Shown here piece after piece: positions 25,114 to 38,422 of a stretch of 64,000 nucleotides of DNA (position 1 is its first letter; each line of letters begins with the position of its first letter). The stretch spans positions 58,218,001-58,282,000 of the forward strand of contig OX638149.1 of NCBI GenBank assembly GCA_951804945.1. The letters run 5' to 3'. The DNA is from Podarcis cretensis. Its lineage: Eukaryota. Below the pieces are notes generated by a model. That model made no database searches. It saw nothing but the letters and a program-made list of their open reading frames with translations, and had not been told where the DNA came from. The position numbers and the translations under genes were made by a program.

Positions 25114-26786
25114 AACTGCAACATAACCCCATGGGATTTAAAGGATATTGTTTTGACTTCTATACAAATGCCTTGATGTTTCATGTGATTTCCACTTTCC
25201 ATCTGATTCTGCCCAATGCATGCTTCTAAAAAGCCCTTGCTACAGCTTTGCATTTGCCCACTTCCTACTTTGCAATGGCCACATTGTATTGAGCTATCTA
25301 GCAAGGACCTAAGCAGCAAGTTTGAAAGGCTATTATTTATTTTGATGGCTTGCTGAAGTCAGGAAAATAATACCCTCTTTTAAATGCTGTTGCAGAAAAG
25401 AGTCAATTTTCATTTTAGTTAGCGACGATCAGGATCTATTCCTAGATTTGCTGAATAAAGATTTAATCATTAATTCCGTGGCGGAAGCAGAGGCATCACA
25501 ACATTGGAGTAAACGCAGGCAGGCTTAGATAGATCTTCTCTGCATTGTGGATTCTCCCTTCTTCCCCTAATCCAAGATGTCTTGTCTCAATATCATTGGA
25601 CCGTCACTAAGCACCTCACTGTGTTCTTCACAATGCAGAAGCTCAGCACCTTCAACCCTAGTCTGGAAAACTGGGAGTATATAATTTATTTTTTTGTTTT
25701 TGGAGCACTTGGTCTTAGTCTCAATCAGAAAGAAGCACAGCAGGAAAGTCAAAGCAGATTGTGGATGTTGGGAGGGAGAGGGATGAGAAACCTAATAAAA
25801 ACAGTCCCATAAATTTAGGCCAAGCAAAGGTTTCTAGGAAACAAGATCCGAGTTGGTGGAGATGAGACAAGGCGAGCCACACCATGCATAAAAAGCAAAT
25901 CCTCAGAGCTGATCTCCACCCCTTCTGCCATTCCAAGCATATCTATATGAAAGTGTTTTGTGAGCAATTGGGAAACGGTGCGACCCTGGAGAAATAATTA
26001 AGAAATGCGCTCTACTGGCTGGTGGCATCTGTCCCGAAAGGGAACAAAGTGTCTTTTGTGAAGCCTTCTCCGCAGGAAAAAAAAAAGCCTCCTAGAGTTT
26101 GAACAGCATCCACAGCCTCCCCTGGAATTAAACCCAAAGCAAAGCTTTATTGTTCCCTTTCACTTTTGACTGCCGCGTGTGGGGGTGAAAAATCCCAAGA
26201 GGTTTTAAAATATTACTGATAGGCTAGGCTTGGCTGCTTTTTTCCCAGGACATGAATCAACTTTATTGCGAAAAACAAAAAGCCATTAGTGTTATTGAGG
26301 CACAGACAGCGTCGGTGAATATACGCAGGGGTGAAAAGGTAAACAAATACTTTCAGCAGCATGAAGATACGCTTCTGCTGTTTTAAAAATGGACAGAAAA
26401 GGGGTATTTTAAAGAACTGCCCAGAAAGTAGTGTAGCAAAAATTTCAGGCATGAACAAAATCTTAAGAGGTAAAAGATATGAGGCATGCCACTTAAATGT
26501 CCCAAATCTCAGGTTTCAAGGGAGGGATGGACTCTGGTCCCAATTCTTGCATTATTTTGGGATCCTTCGCACATGACAGTTTCCCTTAGTAGATTAGATC
26601 CTGTCAGTCAGATTCTCAAGTGCCCTAAGCAACTAACAAGCTTCACTGCTTTCAAGACAAGAGACTGGAGGAGAGGTTATAAAAAATAAAGTCTGCCGCA
26701 GGTAAGCCGTGCTTGCATGTCATAGCAGAAGGCAACTCCATTGCATAAAAGAATGCAAATATTATTACTACTACTATTAATATTAT

Positions 26787-26992
26787 CCATGGAGTTTTCT
26801 TGGCAGGGATAATATGAGGGCACAAGGAGAAGGGGATGACAGAGGATGAGATGGTTGGACAGTGTTCTCGAAGCTACCAACATGAGTTTGACCAAACTGC
26901 AGGAGGCAGTGGAAGACAGGAGTGCCTGGGGTTCTCTGGTCCATGGGGTCACAAAGAGTTGGACACGACTAAATGACTAAACAACAACAACA
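26787..26992 (+). mobile_element. RTE-BovB LINE 3' fragment with inverted 5' piece
   Basis: Translates EGTRRRG*QRMRWLDSVLEATNMSLTKLQEAVEDRSAWGSLVHGVTKSWTRLND* (BovB C-terminus); (CAA)n tail; TSD ATTAATATTAT at 26776-26786 and 26993-27003. Confidence 0.88.
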
Positions 26993-28947
26993 ATTAATAT
27001 TATTACTTATTAATAAACACTCTCAACATGTCTCAATCACAAGTAGATAAAAATGGAGTACTTTTTCCTAACAGATCTGAAAAGACTATCACTGCATCAG
27101 CTCTAATTGGTTAGACATTTTGAGATATAAAAGTAGATTCCTTATGGGACAAGTTAGAAACAACTTTAGTCCAATTGATTTCAATGGTAAGTAAGTTCAA
27201 TTAACTCAATTTCAATCCAATTCATCACCTTCCTGATTTGATCCCATAATGTTCTCTGGCCGTGAAACACATTGGTTCTGTTGCTCTACAACAGCAAACA
27301 TAATAAAAGACCTTTACAACTTTGGGGATTTTCTCATCTCTTTGGTTGCCTGTGAACTGGTCAGTTCTCCTGTTTCTCAGCTGATGTGACCCCAAAAATA
27401 TCTCTGAGATATTTCCCTAACATTATGGAAGCATCAAACACATTACTTTGACTTTTTAAAGACTTGTTTTCCTGGCCACAGGACAGATCACAACATGTTC
27501 TTGTCTCAATTTATCCTAATGATCTTGTGGATTAGATTAGGCAGAGAGATTATGACTTGCTCAAGGCAACCCACAGAAAGCTTCTTGGCTCAGCGAGATA
27601 TGAATTCTGACCTCCTACTACTCAAACCATATCTCTAACACTTACCAGGACCGCACCACACATTGTGTGCCTGTATTATAAAGTTGTAGCTGCTAGATAA
27701 AAAAAAATACCTGCACATGTCCTCAGAAGCTCAACAACCTTTGCTGATTCAACAGGGTCCATTGGCAGGCGAAGGATCGTCATCACTGTATCGCCTATTC
27801 CTTTGGGGAGGACTTGGTGAAGGGAGAGAGTCAGCCCTAAATGGGGGGGGGGGGAAGGAGAATAAACAGAGAAGTTTTCAGACTTGCCTTTAAACCTGTG
27901 AATTACAGTAGGAAAAGGGATTATTACTGCATGTGATGTCAAGGCCTATGGTGTCCACACATTCACACCAGAAGTATGAATACCTAGCTCATAGAGTTAG
28001 GCTGATGTAAGGTATATTCAAAATGACATCAAGAACTTCCCGTCAAAGGCATGGTGATGGCCATTAAATGGCTAAGCAATGCTTAGCTCCAGGAACACAC
28101 ATGCACCATATTCCAACCCAGCAAAGATGGTGCTTTCAGTAGTTGCATTCACTGTTCTTCTACAACTTCCACAGCCTCAGTGAGGGAGGAATACGGCTGC
28201 TTACTGCTATTGCTAAAAAGAAAACATCCCTTGTCTTAAATACTACTAGCCTCCCAAGTTAGACCAAGAGCTGGCAGCTGTTCTGCAGTGATTAAAGGAT
28301 TCACTCATCTTCTAGTGCCTTGCCTTGGCTGTGCATCACACAAAGTTTTTTTTATGCTATTATCACATAGCTCAGTCCCACTAGTTTTAAGGATTCCATC
28401 AAGTTAAAGGATTCTTTAAAATCCTCAATTCATTTTTAATCTTAAACCATTGATCTCTCTCTGTTTATTTCTTAACACTTCTTCCTAAACAAGGTAAATC
28501 TTTATGAAACACCTTGAAAAGGTTCAGCTCAAACAGAAAATGATGGTTAAAGACATTCCACGTCAGGCTATTCATTCATTTAGGCCTAGGCTGGAGTCCC
28601 CAGAAAGCCACTGCCAATCAGAATACACAATACTGATCTCTCCCACCACTTGCTACTAAATCCTTTAAAGTGTAGACGGCAGGAACTGAACCTGGGGCTT
28701 TCCGTATGCAAAGCCTTCTAACCCTCAGCTAACCACAGTTTGCCAAGATATTCATACTCATGGAACAATGGTTTGCTTAAGGTTTCAAAGCAAAACAGGA
28801 GCAATCCTTGACTGCAAATCCTGGCCTTTTCTGCACAACTATAGTTTATGCAAACCACAGTTTCCTGAGTTCAGACACCACAGGAAAGCCACGATGCCAC
28901 CAGAGTCTCTTAGCCTGACATGACATGGTTTGAACCTTGGATCTTCT

Positions 28948-29700
28948 TTTTTTAAAAAATAATACTTTATTTAGAATTCAACAATAACAAAGGAAAAACC
29001 CACAGTAATTGCTACATCAATTCATTACAATTAACCAATTTTAACAATATATAAATAGTAACAGAAAAATTACACAACATCACTTTTAACTTACTGAAGT
29101 TTTCATATTACACTTTTATGTCTTGATCTCTTTCTTAACAAATCAAAAAGAGAAAGACCAAGAAAGGAGGCACAAAAAAGAAAAAAGAAGAGGAAAAAGA
29201 AGGGGGGGATAGAATAAAGAAAAAAGAGAGAAAAGGGGGAAAGAAAAAAAGGAAAAGAAAACAAAATAAACACATTTGACTTCTGATTAGACTCATTGTG
29301 TTATTATTTCTACTATTTTTTCACACACAGATCCAAATTATTGTATTGCTTTCTCTGTTTTCGTCAGATATAAAAAAACCATTATATTTGCTGTTTTACA
29401 AGGATCATTCTATTTCTGTCAGGAAATATTTGTTATTGTACTGTTTTTCCAGATACTCTTTAAAGATTTTCCATTCTTTCTGTACTTTCTGTTTTGGATA
29501 ACCTCTAATTCTCTCTTGTCATCATGGCCATCTGTAAATATTCTATCATTTGGACCTGCCACTCATTTATCGTAGGTGTTTTGTCACTTTTCCAGTTTCT
29601 TGCAATTAAGATCCTGGCTGCTACTGTTGTGTACATAAAAAGTGGTCTAATTTCTTTTTTGATTTCTGGTGACATTATTCCCAGGAGGAAGGTTTCGAAT
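28948..29700 (-). mobile_element. 5'-truncated L1-clade LINE fragment (ORF2 C-terminus + 3' UTR)
   Basis: ETFLLGI...FMYTTVAARILIARNWK...PTINEWQVQMIEY aligns by eye with the C-terminus of the ORF2 at 58809; polyA; TSD CTTGGATCTTCT at 28936-28947 and 29701-29712. Confidence 0.88.
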
Positions 29701-32053
29701 CTTGGATCTTCTACAGGCAAGGCATGTGTTCTCTAGAGCTACACTCCCTTCACACCAAAAGAAAAACTCGTATCAGGCATTCCCTCTTCCCAGGGAACCC
29801 ATGCCTGTTCTCCAAAGTATCCTAACTGTTGGAGTGATAGAGTATACAGAACAAGTATATCAGTCTGAAGTATAAATAGGATCAACCTGTTTCCCCCCAC
29901 TGTGAAAGTGTGTTGGGCAGACTAACAGTATGTTATACCTTGAGCACAAACTGGTGTCTTGGTTCAATGAATTGTGTTTGCGGGTGGAAAGGAAGGAACA
30001 CAGCTCACCCAAGTAGGTCAGGATTTGCAGCTGGAGCAGCCAATTAACACATCTGTTTTTTTCAGGTTAGCCTTAAGGAGAGAGGGGGGACAAAGTTTGT
30101 GCAGACTGAGAAAAAGCCTCTCACAGTAATTAAGTGAATTGGGGTTGAATAAACTAATACACAGAATCAATGAAGATAATGAGAAGATGAGATGGGAGTT
30201 AACAGAGCAGGCAATAAAACTGAAGCAGATGTGGAGAGAAGGCAGTATCTAAGCATGTTGTAGAAATAAGCAAGAGGAAAATGAGGAGCACCTTTCCCAC
30301 CCAACGCAAGGAATCTGGTTAAATCTATACACATTTGTGAATACAAAACCTGCCTTTCGCATGAGACATCTGCTTGTGGCATGACCTGCCATGCTCCAGC
30401 TGTGAACAGCTTTCAACAGATATGCATCCACATCTACCAACACTCAGGGAAAAGAGGGCAGCAACCAATTGCAGCAGACAGGTATAACAAAACAAAAAGC
30501 AAAGCAAAGCAAAACAAGAAAATTAGACCAAGTTAGGGAGCATTTGTATTCCCAGCATGAACCCTGGCCATCTCATGGTCCCTAGAGCATTGGGCAACCA
30601 CTTTGTGTAAACCTGTAAACAGAAGTTACTCAACTTATGGTGCAGACCAGCCTCTTGCTCTCATTTGTCTCTTGCTCAGCAGAATAGCAAAAGCTAAGTC
30701 TCAGGCACTGTGGTTCCTTACGGAAGCTGAAATATCACATGAGCAATAGTATGGGTGCAGAGTTAGTGTGATGGGAGAGGAAGGCAGAGACTTGGGGGTT
30801 CAGTGGGACTGCAGACTGCCCCTTGAGCAACAAGGCCCAAACCAAAATAATTCCCTCTGAGAAACCACAGCCTTCATTCCCCCTTCTACTCCTCTCACTT
30901 TTAATACAGCATGATTTTATTGCTATTTTCTGGCCGTCAAGTTTATGTAGCTTTTTGTTGTTGTCACTGTCACTGCTTGTACACCTGCATGTAACTATAA
31001 AGGTTTGGGGGGAAATCAGCAGGCAAAAGAGAGGTGGCAGGAGGGGTGCAAGTGGCACGTCCAATCTGTCGCAATCCATTTCTGCAGAGCGGCAGCAGAA
31101 CGCTTGCTAATGCAGTGAAGATCCCGGGAAGTCTTGAGCGTTTTGTGACACATGGCGAGATGCTCCCCAGTGTATTCATCTTCCACACAGTCTATTTTAC
31201 TGCCTATCCATCATCTGGAACAGGCAAAAAATGAGAAAGAAAAACCCACACCAACCAACCCCCCCTTCAAGGTGTCTTGAGAATGAGTTTATGTAAGATA
31301 TCATTCAAGCACATATAGCTGTAAAGCTACTGCTAGGGGAGAAATGCTGGTGGGGGCAGAAACACAGGTGGGATATTGGAAAATATTTAACAGCCAAAGG
31401 GGAGGACGTGGCATCAGGAAGCAGAAGCAGGAGACAAATTCAGGAGCTAAAAATCAATGAACTGCTTTAAGGGCACTTACAGATTTGATAAAGATTGTAG
31501 TATGTAGAGACTGAGGGCATTTCATGAAAATGTAGCCCCATCAACAGCCTCATATATACTCCCTTGACTCTCCAGTTGTAATCTTAATGGTGGATCATGC
31601 TAACTCAGAAAAGAAGTGATGCAAGGCTGCTCAGAGGCCAGCCTTCCACTCCAGCCTCACAAGTGGAAATGGAGTCGCAATGGCAATTCCTCTGGCCTGG
31701 CAGAAAGACTGTGCTGCAATGCACAAGGAACATATGGCTCAATAAGTTCATTTCAATAGGAAGGAAAGGATCACACAGACGTGAAGCCCCATTGAAGTGC
31801 AAGTGTAAATGGGAACTCCAGGTGCATACCAGAGTTCCCATACCCATTACAGGGAAAGATGATAAGTAACTCTTGAGATATTTCATCATCTGACAACTTG
31901 AACCTTATGCTATTCATTGAGTGACACCAACAGTAACAACATGAATCACCATGTCCTTGTTAGAGGTGCATCTCAATAAGGATTATGAAGGACTGGTGTA
32001 CACTCAGCACCCACAGTCTCCATGTACTAATGTCTACAGTCTACACCTTGTTT

Positions 32054-32220
32054 TCATAGAGTCATAAGTGTTGGAAGGGAACTCGAGGGCCATTTGGCCC
32101 AACCCCCTGCAATCCATGAATCTTTTGCCCCGGCAATGTAGGAATCTTTTGCCCAACGTGGGGCTTGAACCCACAACCCTGAGGTTAAGCGTGTCATGCT
32201 CTATCACCTGAGCTATCCAC
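32054..32220 (-). mobile_element. tRNA-Lys(CTT)-derived SINE with CR1 tail (P.s.1/Squam2-like)
   Basis: Minus strand GGATAGCTCAGGTGATAGAGCATGACACGCTTAACCTCAGGGTTGTGGGTTCAAGCCCCACGTTGGGC, duplicated GGGCAAAAGATTC segment, CR1 tail CCCTTCCAACAC..TATGACTCTATGA. Confidence 0.8.
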
Positions 32221-33811
32221 AGGGCACCTATGTTACACCTATTTCTACCCTTTCTCAACAGTACATTGGGAGTCCTTCCTCATCCCCCCCCCTTTCTCCA
32301 TCCCAGCACTGGTAGTTTGCAGGTACCCACTTTGAAAATATCCCTTTAAGGTGGAAATGCTGAGGAAATATAGGGAGCTATTGTCCGGACTCAACCTACA
32401 TATGATTCCAACTGCTCCCAATACATTAATTTATCTGGATGTAATGGCCTTCCCTTGGAGACAGCTGGCATTTAGTTTTAGTCATATTGGTCTTCTATAA
32501 ATGATTTTAATGGTGTTGTTGGGAAAGGGACTTGAAGGCACTGAGATGCGGGAAAGGGATGTGCACCTGGTCAAAGTGCTCAGACCCTAAATGAAGCAAA
32601 TGATGTCATATGCTGAGTGGCCATTTATGGCCATGCAACCAAATATACTGGAAATGGGATGATGGAGTCAATGACCTCATCCTGTTCTTTGCTTACACAG
32701 CCAGAGGTGGTGAGGGCAACATGAATAACTCCATCAATTTACTTTCCTATATTTTTTCATGGAAGCAAAATCATTTCCCTTAGTTGTTGGACTAAAGAGG
32801 ATTCCAGAATAGGATGGGGAAGAGCCGAAGGAATAGCCTTCCTGTTCTAGGAAAGGAAAACAGTTCAAGGCACAGGAGGAAAACTTGCTCTTCTTACTAT
32901 GAGCTGCTTCATACAGTAGAGGTTTCTATACAGATTGGCACTTCTGTGTAGAAAATAGCTGCCGTGTCAGTCAGGGTTTTCCGTTCACACCTGTATATGG
33001 CAAAACGGCACATATCTATACTGCGTTCTTCTCACGACAGTAGAGCTTTCCCACAAAGAAGCACATGAGTAGGAGAGGAAGAGAAGGGGGGAAAACTTGC
33101 AGTCCTTGAACTGTTTAGTTGAGTGGGGACAGGGGTGGTCTGAAGAATGGATGGGTGGGTGGGTGGTCGTGGCACCTAATCCCTATAATCTCACCTAAAT
33201 CCCAGCAGAGCCACCACCAGCCTCCCTCAGGCAACCAAAGCTCCCACCAATGCTGCCTCAGAAGTCTGTCTTATTTTGGAAAGAACTCAGCTGCTGTGGC
33301 TGAAAAGGGAGGTGGGAGAACCCACCCATCCCACTTGGAGAAGCAAGGATGGACACTCTGGGTTTCCCACTGGTATTGAAGAAGATTCCTGGCACAAGAT
33401 GTGTGGATGGGGAGTAGAAAGAGTTCTGGAAGCGAGAAAGAGCAACTAGGAAGGGCACAGGGAGGAAACCAAAAAGGGACTTTTGTGCTCTCTAAGGGCG
33501 TGTTATGCTGGGAGTAGAGGCAGTGGTCCATGTCTAAAATGAATGGTGCTGGGGCTGAAGCCCAAACAACTGTCACACCATGAGCCTGCACGTTTCTAAA
33601 TTTGCATGTGGGCATGGATAACTTCCAATTGCTCAGTAGTCAAGATAATGTGCTCCTCGCGTACTCAGAGGTATTTTCTCTCACACATTCAAGGACCCAG
33701 CCCTGGTAATTGAAAACAGATCCCTAAGAGCCCTAGTATAATGAAGCACCATTCTTTTTGGGCAGAGGAGTTCCTTATTTCATTTTTTGGTACCAAGGTA
33801 ATGTGTATGCA

Positions 33812-34176
33812 GGGACGCAGGTGGCGCTGTGGGTTAAAGCCTCAGCGCCTAGGGCTTGCCGATCGAAAGGTCGGCGGTTCGAATCCCTGCAGCGGGGTGC
33901 GCTCCCGCTGCTCGGTCCCAGCGCCTGCCAACCTAGCAGTTCGAAAGCACCTCCGGGTGCAAGTAGATAAATAGGGACCGCTTACCAGCGGGAAGGTAAA
34001 CGGCGTTTCCGTGTGCGGCTCTGGCTCGCCAGAGCAGCGATGTCACGCTGGCCACGTGACCCGGAAGTGTCTCCGGACAGCGCTGGCCCCCGGCCTCTTG
34101 AGTGAGATGGGCGCACAACCCCAGAGTCTGTCAAGACTGGCCCGTATGGGCAGGGGTACCTTTACCTTTACCTTTA
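33812..34176 (+). mobile_element. Sauria SINE, young subfamily
   Basis: Full length; about 7 substitutions versus the 22964 copy; TSD TAATGTGTATGCA at 33799-33811 and 34175-34187. Confidence 0.95.
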
Positions 34177-37100
34177 ATGTGTATGCATGCCAATCCATTG
34201 CCGGTAACTCGCATCTTGAGTGAGGGTTTGGTTGAGGGGGAGCACAGATATACATACAAAAAAGCCAGGATCTCTTGGAAAGGGATGCTGTTTGCCTGGC
34301 TTTGGGAAAGAGCCATGAGGGCTCTGGCAGTGTCCTAGAGCCCTCACGCCTCCTTACCAAAGTCTTCTAAGAGCTTGCCCAGCTTTGGGAAGGTGGGGGG
34401 GGGAGCTCTAGGACCCTGCCAAAGCCTTGCGCCTCCTTCTCAAAGTTCATGGGCCTCACTTACCTGGCTCTGGGCTGGGGATGTTAGGGCTCTGGGATCC
34501 TGACTGGGGCAGGTAAGCTCACAATCATCACACAGAGAGAGATTCACTTTAAAGGGGTAGCCAGTGAGAAAATGGGGCTGCAGCAAAATGTCCCACATAA
34601 TCTTCAGACATGAGCGTTCTGCTATTGTCATCAACAGAGTGGAGTGGACACGCCAGAGAAACGTTTGGAGGCTACAGACCCAGGAACCCTAGATGTGCAT
34701 GGAGGGGAAAGTGGTTGAGTTTTACATACTGACTGACAAAAGAAAGCATCAGGCAAACATCTCCCCCCTCCCACTCCTCTTGTGGCTGTGACCTGTGGGT
34801 GTGACATTGTATGTGAACTTCTCTATGCATATCCATGCAGAAAATTAGACATGTGTGAAGCAGCTTCCAGGTTCTTTGTTTCAAAAAACACAAGCTTGAA
34901 ATGTAGATGGGGGGGGGGGCACGTTCACAGCAGCCCTGTTGGAGGCAGCAAAAAACGCAGCTGTTTCAAAAGCAGCTCACAGACTCTGCCGTGCGTGGCA
35001 CATTCTCACCTCAAAAGCTCTCAGAACAATTTCTGTACATTATACGCAACGATGTTTCTTTGGAACGGCAGCGCGTGTGCCACTCATTAGCATGTCACCA
35101 AGAGCAACATCTGCAGTGATGAGCGAGAATTATTATTAGTGCTCCTTCCACCCAGCCCCTCTTTTATCACTCCCCCTTTGCCTCCAAAACTTATTTACCA
35201 GAAAACTGACACTCTCGCTGAGGGGATCAGATTCTGGGAATCAGGGAATATGACAGTATTAGTAGAGAAGCTTCCCAAAAACCCTCTGATGCTCTTTATT
35301 AATTTAGAATCCCATGAATATCAATGAAAAATTGAAGAAAAGAGGCATAAGATGCTTGTCTCTTGTGAGTGGTGAATGATGTGGCAGGTTTCAGTCTTTT
35401 TGCATGTCATATCATTTTATTTTTTGCTCTATGCACTGTGATGCTAACATAGACAAGCATATTTCAGGGGAATAAAATGATTTCTAGGTTGTGATTTCTG
35501 TATGGTCAAAACTCCAGATTGGGCCAGTACATTTAGTACTTGGGTAGCCTTGCAAAATAAGGAGATGACACAGTTGCTTCCTGTTTCCTGTATGTAGTAC
35601 TTTTACTGCTGACCCACCTTCTCCTTGTTGACCACCCACAGGACTATACTGTCCCCAGAGCCCGCAATTGTCAGCAGCAAACATGTCCAGAACTAACTTT
35701 GCTGCTCTGCAGAATACAGAAGTGTTGGTGTTTTATTCCATACCACAGTGCTGTTAACAGCCTATGAAACAGAGATATACATGCAGCTGATTAAGACCTG
35801 TCTCCTATATTCCTGCTAGATGGATCCCTGACCCCTCCATGCACATCATCCCTGATCCCTCCCATACCTGCTGCTCCTGGTATACAAAAGATAAGAGGAG
35901 GTTAAAGCAAAAGAGATACTTCCAAGGTAAACCATATGTTCACATACACATGTAAACAGTCCTGTTCACATTCAAAAGTGGCTTGTTTAATTGATAGCTC
36001 ATTAAAGGAAGCCAACGTTTGAAGCCACAGTTTGATCTTGGCTTCAGTTTAATCAAACTACAGTTCCCAATGTCTGGACAGGTCATGGAACTGTGGTTTG
36101 TTTTGAAAGTGGAAGCAGATGCATCCAAGTTCCTCTTGGGTGCCAAGACGGAGATAGCAGAGTGGAACACCTGAACCCAAGACCTCATTCACATGGCAGG
36201 AAGCCATTGATGCATCTGAACTGGGACTTAGCAACAACCAGTTAGATGCCCCTCAAAAGTTCAAAAGCAGAGCAAAATAGATCGTCCCCTGTTCTCTGGT
36301 AATCAAAATCTTAAAGTATGGCACTCTGCTCATCCTTTAGCAGCAGCAACGCTCCAGGGAGTGGAAGAGTGAACCTTCAGCTGAATAGCCACCAGTACCC
36401 TTCCCAGCAACCTATTAACAATCAATCAGTTTGATTGTACGTCTTTTCCAAAGTCAAACAGATGAGCAAATCTCTCACCTTTGTGGAAATTCTCCTGATT
36501 AGCTGGTAATGGGATGTGTGGCTTGAATAAAATTAATCTGTCCCTAACAGCAAAAAGCTTGTGCAGCAGAGATGACAAATAGCCGATCTAATTCACCTTC
36601 ATATGACCAAACTTCCATTTTATTGCATTCAGTCTCCTCCCTTTCATCTCTACGGTAGCTACTCACAAACAATAATGTCAGAGAAAAATGTGCTAAAACA
36701 GGAAGGGGGAAAGGACTTTGCAAGTCCTTTTGCTGGAACTTCAGGATTTGCTACTGAGGAGCTAAGGAAAAGAACACAGAAAAGTTTTTCCCACCGGAGT
36801 GTCTGCTCAGATAAGACCTTGCAACTGACAGATGAGAATATGCTGTGCGCTTGGTTTATAAATATATCTCGTTCCCCCCCTTTCCTACATACTTATATAT
36901 TACTTCAGTGCTTGGACCAGGCAGAATCTTCTCTTGCTGTCATGCTTCATTCCTCAGAGTGCAGATTAAAGGCAGGAAGCAAGGAAGACACTGGGATTAG
37001 CCTGAAGTTCTCCCTTGAAAATCAGGAGACCAGACACAAAGGATTCTTGGGGACATATGAACAAGCAGCTGACGTCTGTCACCACAGACTGCCAGAACGT

Positions 37101-37239
37101 GAATAGACATGTTGGGACAGGGCTTGCTTGTCCCTGTATCCAGAGATTTGAAACAGCAAGGCAGCAGGTTGGTAAACAGAGGCGAATTCAGAAGCCACAA
37201 ATATGCTGGTATTCTCAAAGATTCTATTATGCCACCACT

Positions 37240-37685
37240 TACAAGACATTCAGCAGCAGGCCTTTGTTTTAGTTCCACTGCCAGGGGAACTGCACGGTGA
37301 GGTGGCATGACATAGGGTCTTCTCAGTGGTGGCACTCAGGTGTCTCAAATGCCTTCCATTTGAGGATTCATCTGGTGGTCCAACTTACTTGAGTTTCAAG
37401 CTCTAGTTAAAAACCCATCTTTTAAGCCAGGGGTTTGCAGGAGGTTGTGATGTGGTCAGCCACTACTGTGTACAGTAACACAATTGCTGTATTACTATAT
37501 CCCCCCACTTTTTTGTTTAAAACAAAGACAAAACAACTGCATACAGTCAGAGAATCATCTCTGTGCTATATTACTATGAATTGTTTTTTTTTAAAAAAAA
37601 TGGGTTTAAATTGTAACATTTGATATGTGTTATAACGCACCCTGGGATATGGATGATGGACAGACTTATAAATAGAAGCAAACAA
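37240..37685 (+). mobile_element. Old L2 LINE 3' relic
   Basis: AGGGTCTTCTCAGTGGTGGCAC...AAATGCCTTCC...TTAAAAACCCATCTTTT (degenerate L2 ORF2 end), T-rich UTR and terminal stem. Confidence 0.5.
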
Positions 37686-38034
37686 CAATAATAAAAAATA
37701 AAGGGACTCGGGTCCTCTCTGACCTCTTTACTACATTCAACCTTCTTCCTAAGAACTATATAGCACTAGGAAGCAGTTGTAGAATGATTTTTACACATCC
37801 TCCTGATCCACAATTGTTCTGCACCTCAAGCTGGCCTGCTTATCAGTATTTCCAAAGCTTCCTACAACAAGGAAAAGTCTGGTGTTTTGGCTGTCCACTC
37901 TTAGAATACTGGACTAGTCTGATCTTGCTGGTTCCAACCTTTGTGTTTTTATATGCTCTCATGTCCTTTAGCAAGGCAACTTTGCAAATAGTTAACTTGC
38001 CAGTCTGCTCTGCAATTTGCCACCTCTTTTCTTT

Positions 38035-38422
38035 TCTTTTTAAATACATTTTTATTAGTTTTTAACATATTAATTAACATTCATACAACAGAACTTCACA
38101 TCTTATACAATATTTTTTGGACTTCCATCAACGCCTCTGATGATTTTCCATTCTTATCACTTATTATGCATTTCTGAATTTCATATTACCTTTAATTGTC
38201 TTTAATAAGAATTCTCCTCATTGTCTTTTTTGCAATATTTCCAATAATTCACCTTACAAAACTTCTTGCAAACCTACTAGCATAATCTGTCCATCACAAT
38301 AACATTTCAAATAGCCTGTAAATTTACTCCAGTCTTCTGAGAATCTCTGATCCCGCAGGTTTAGAATCCTTCCTGTTAGTTTATCTAATTCTGCATAGTC
38401 CATCAATTTCATTCTCCACTCT
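38035..38422 (-). mobile_element. 5'-truncated L1-clade LINE fragment
   Basis: EWRMKLMDYAELDKLTGRILNLRDQRFSEDWSKF matches EWQMQLIDYMELAEMTGRIRDLGEERVEEDWKKL of the intact ORF2; 20-bp TSD ATTTGCCACCTCTTTTCTTT at 38015-38034 and 38423-38442. Confidence 0.88.

Noticed and set aside
32150-32220. tRNA-Lys gene
   Set aside because: Degenerate stems and fused to a CR1 tail; SINE head
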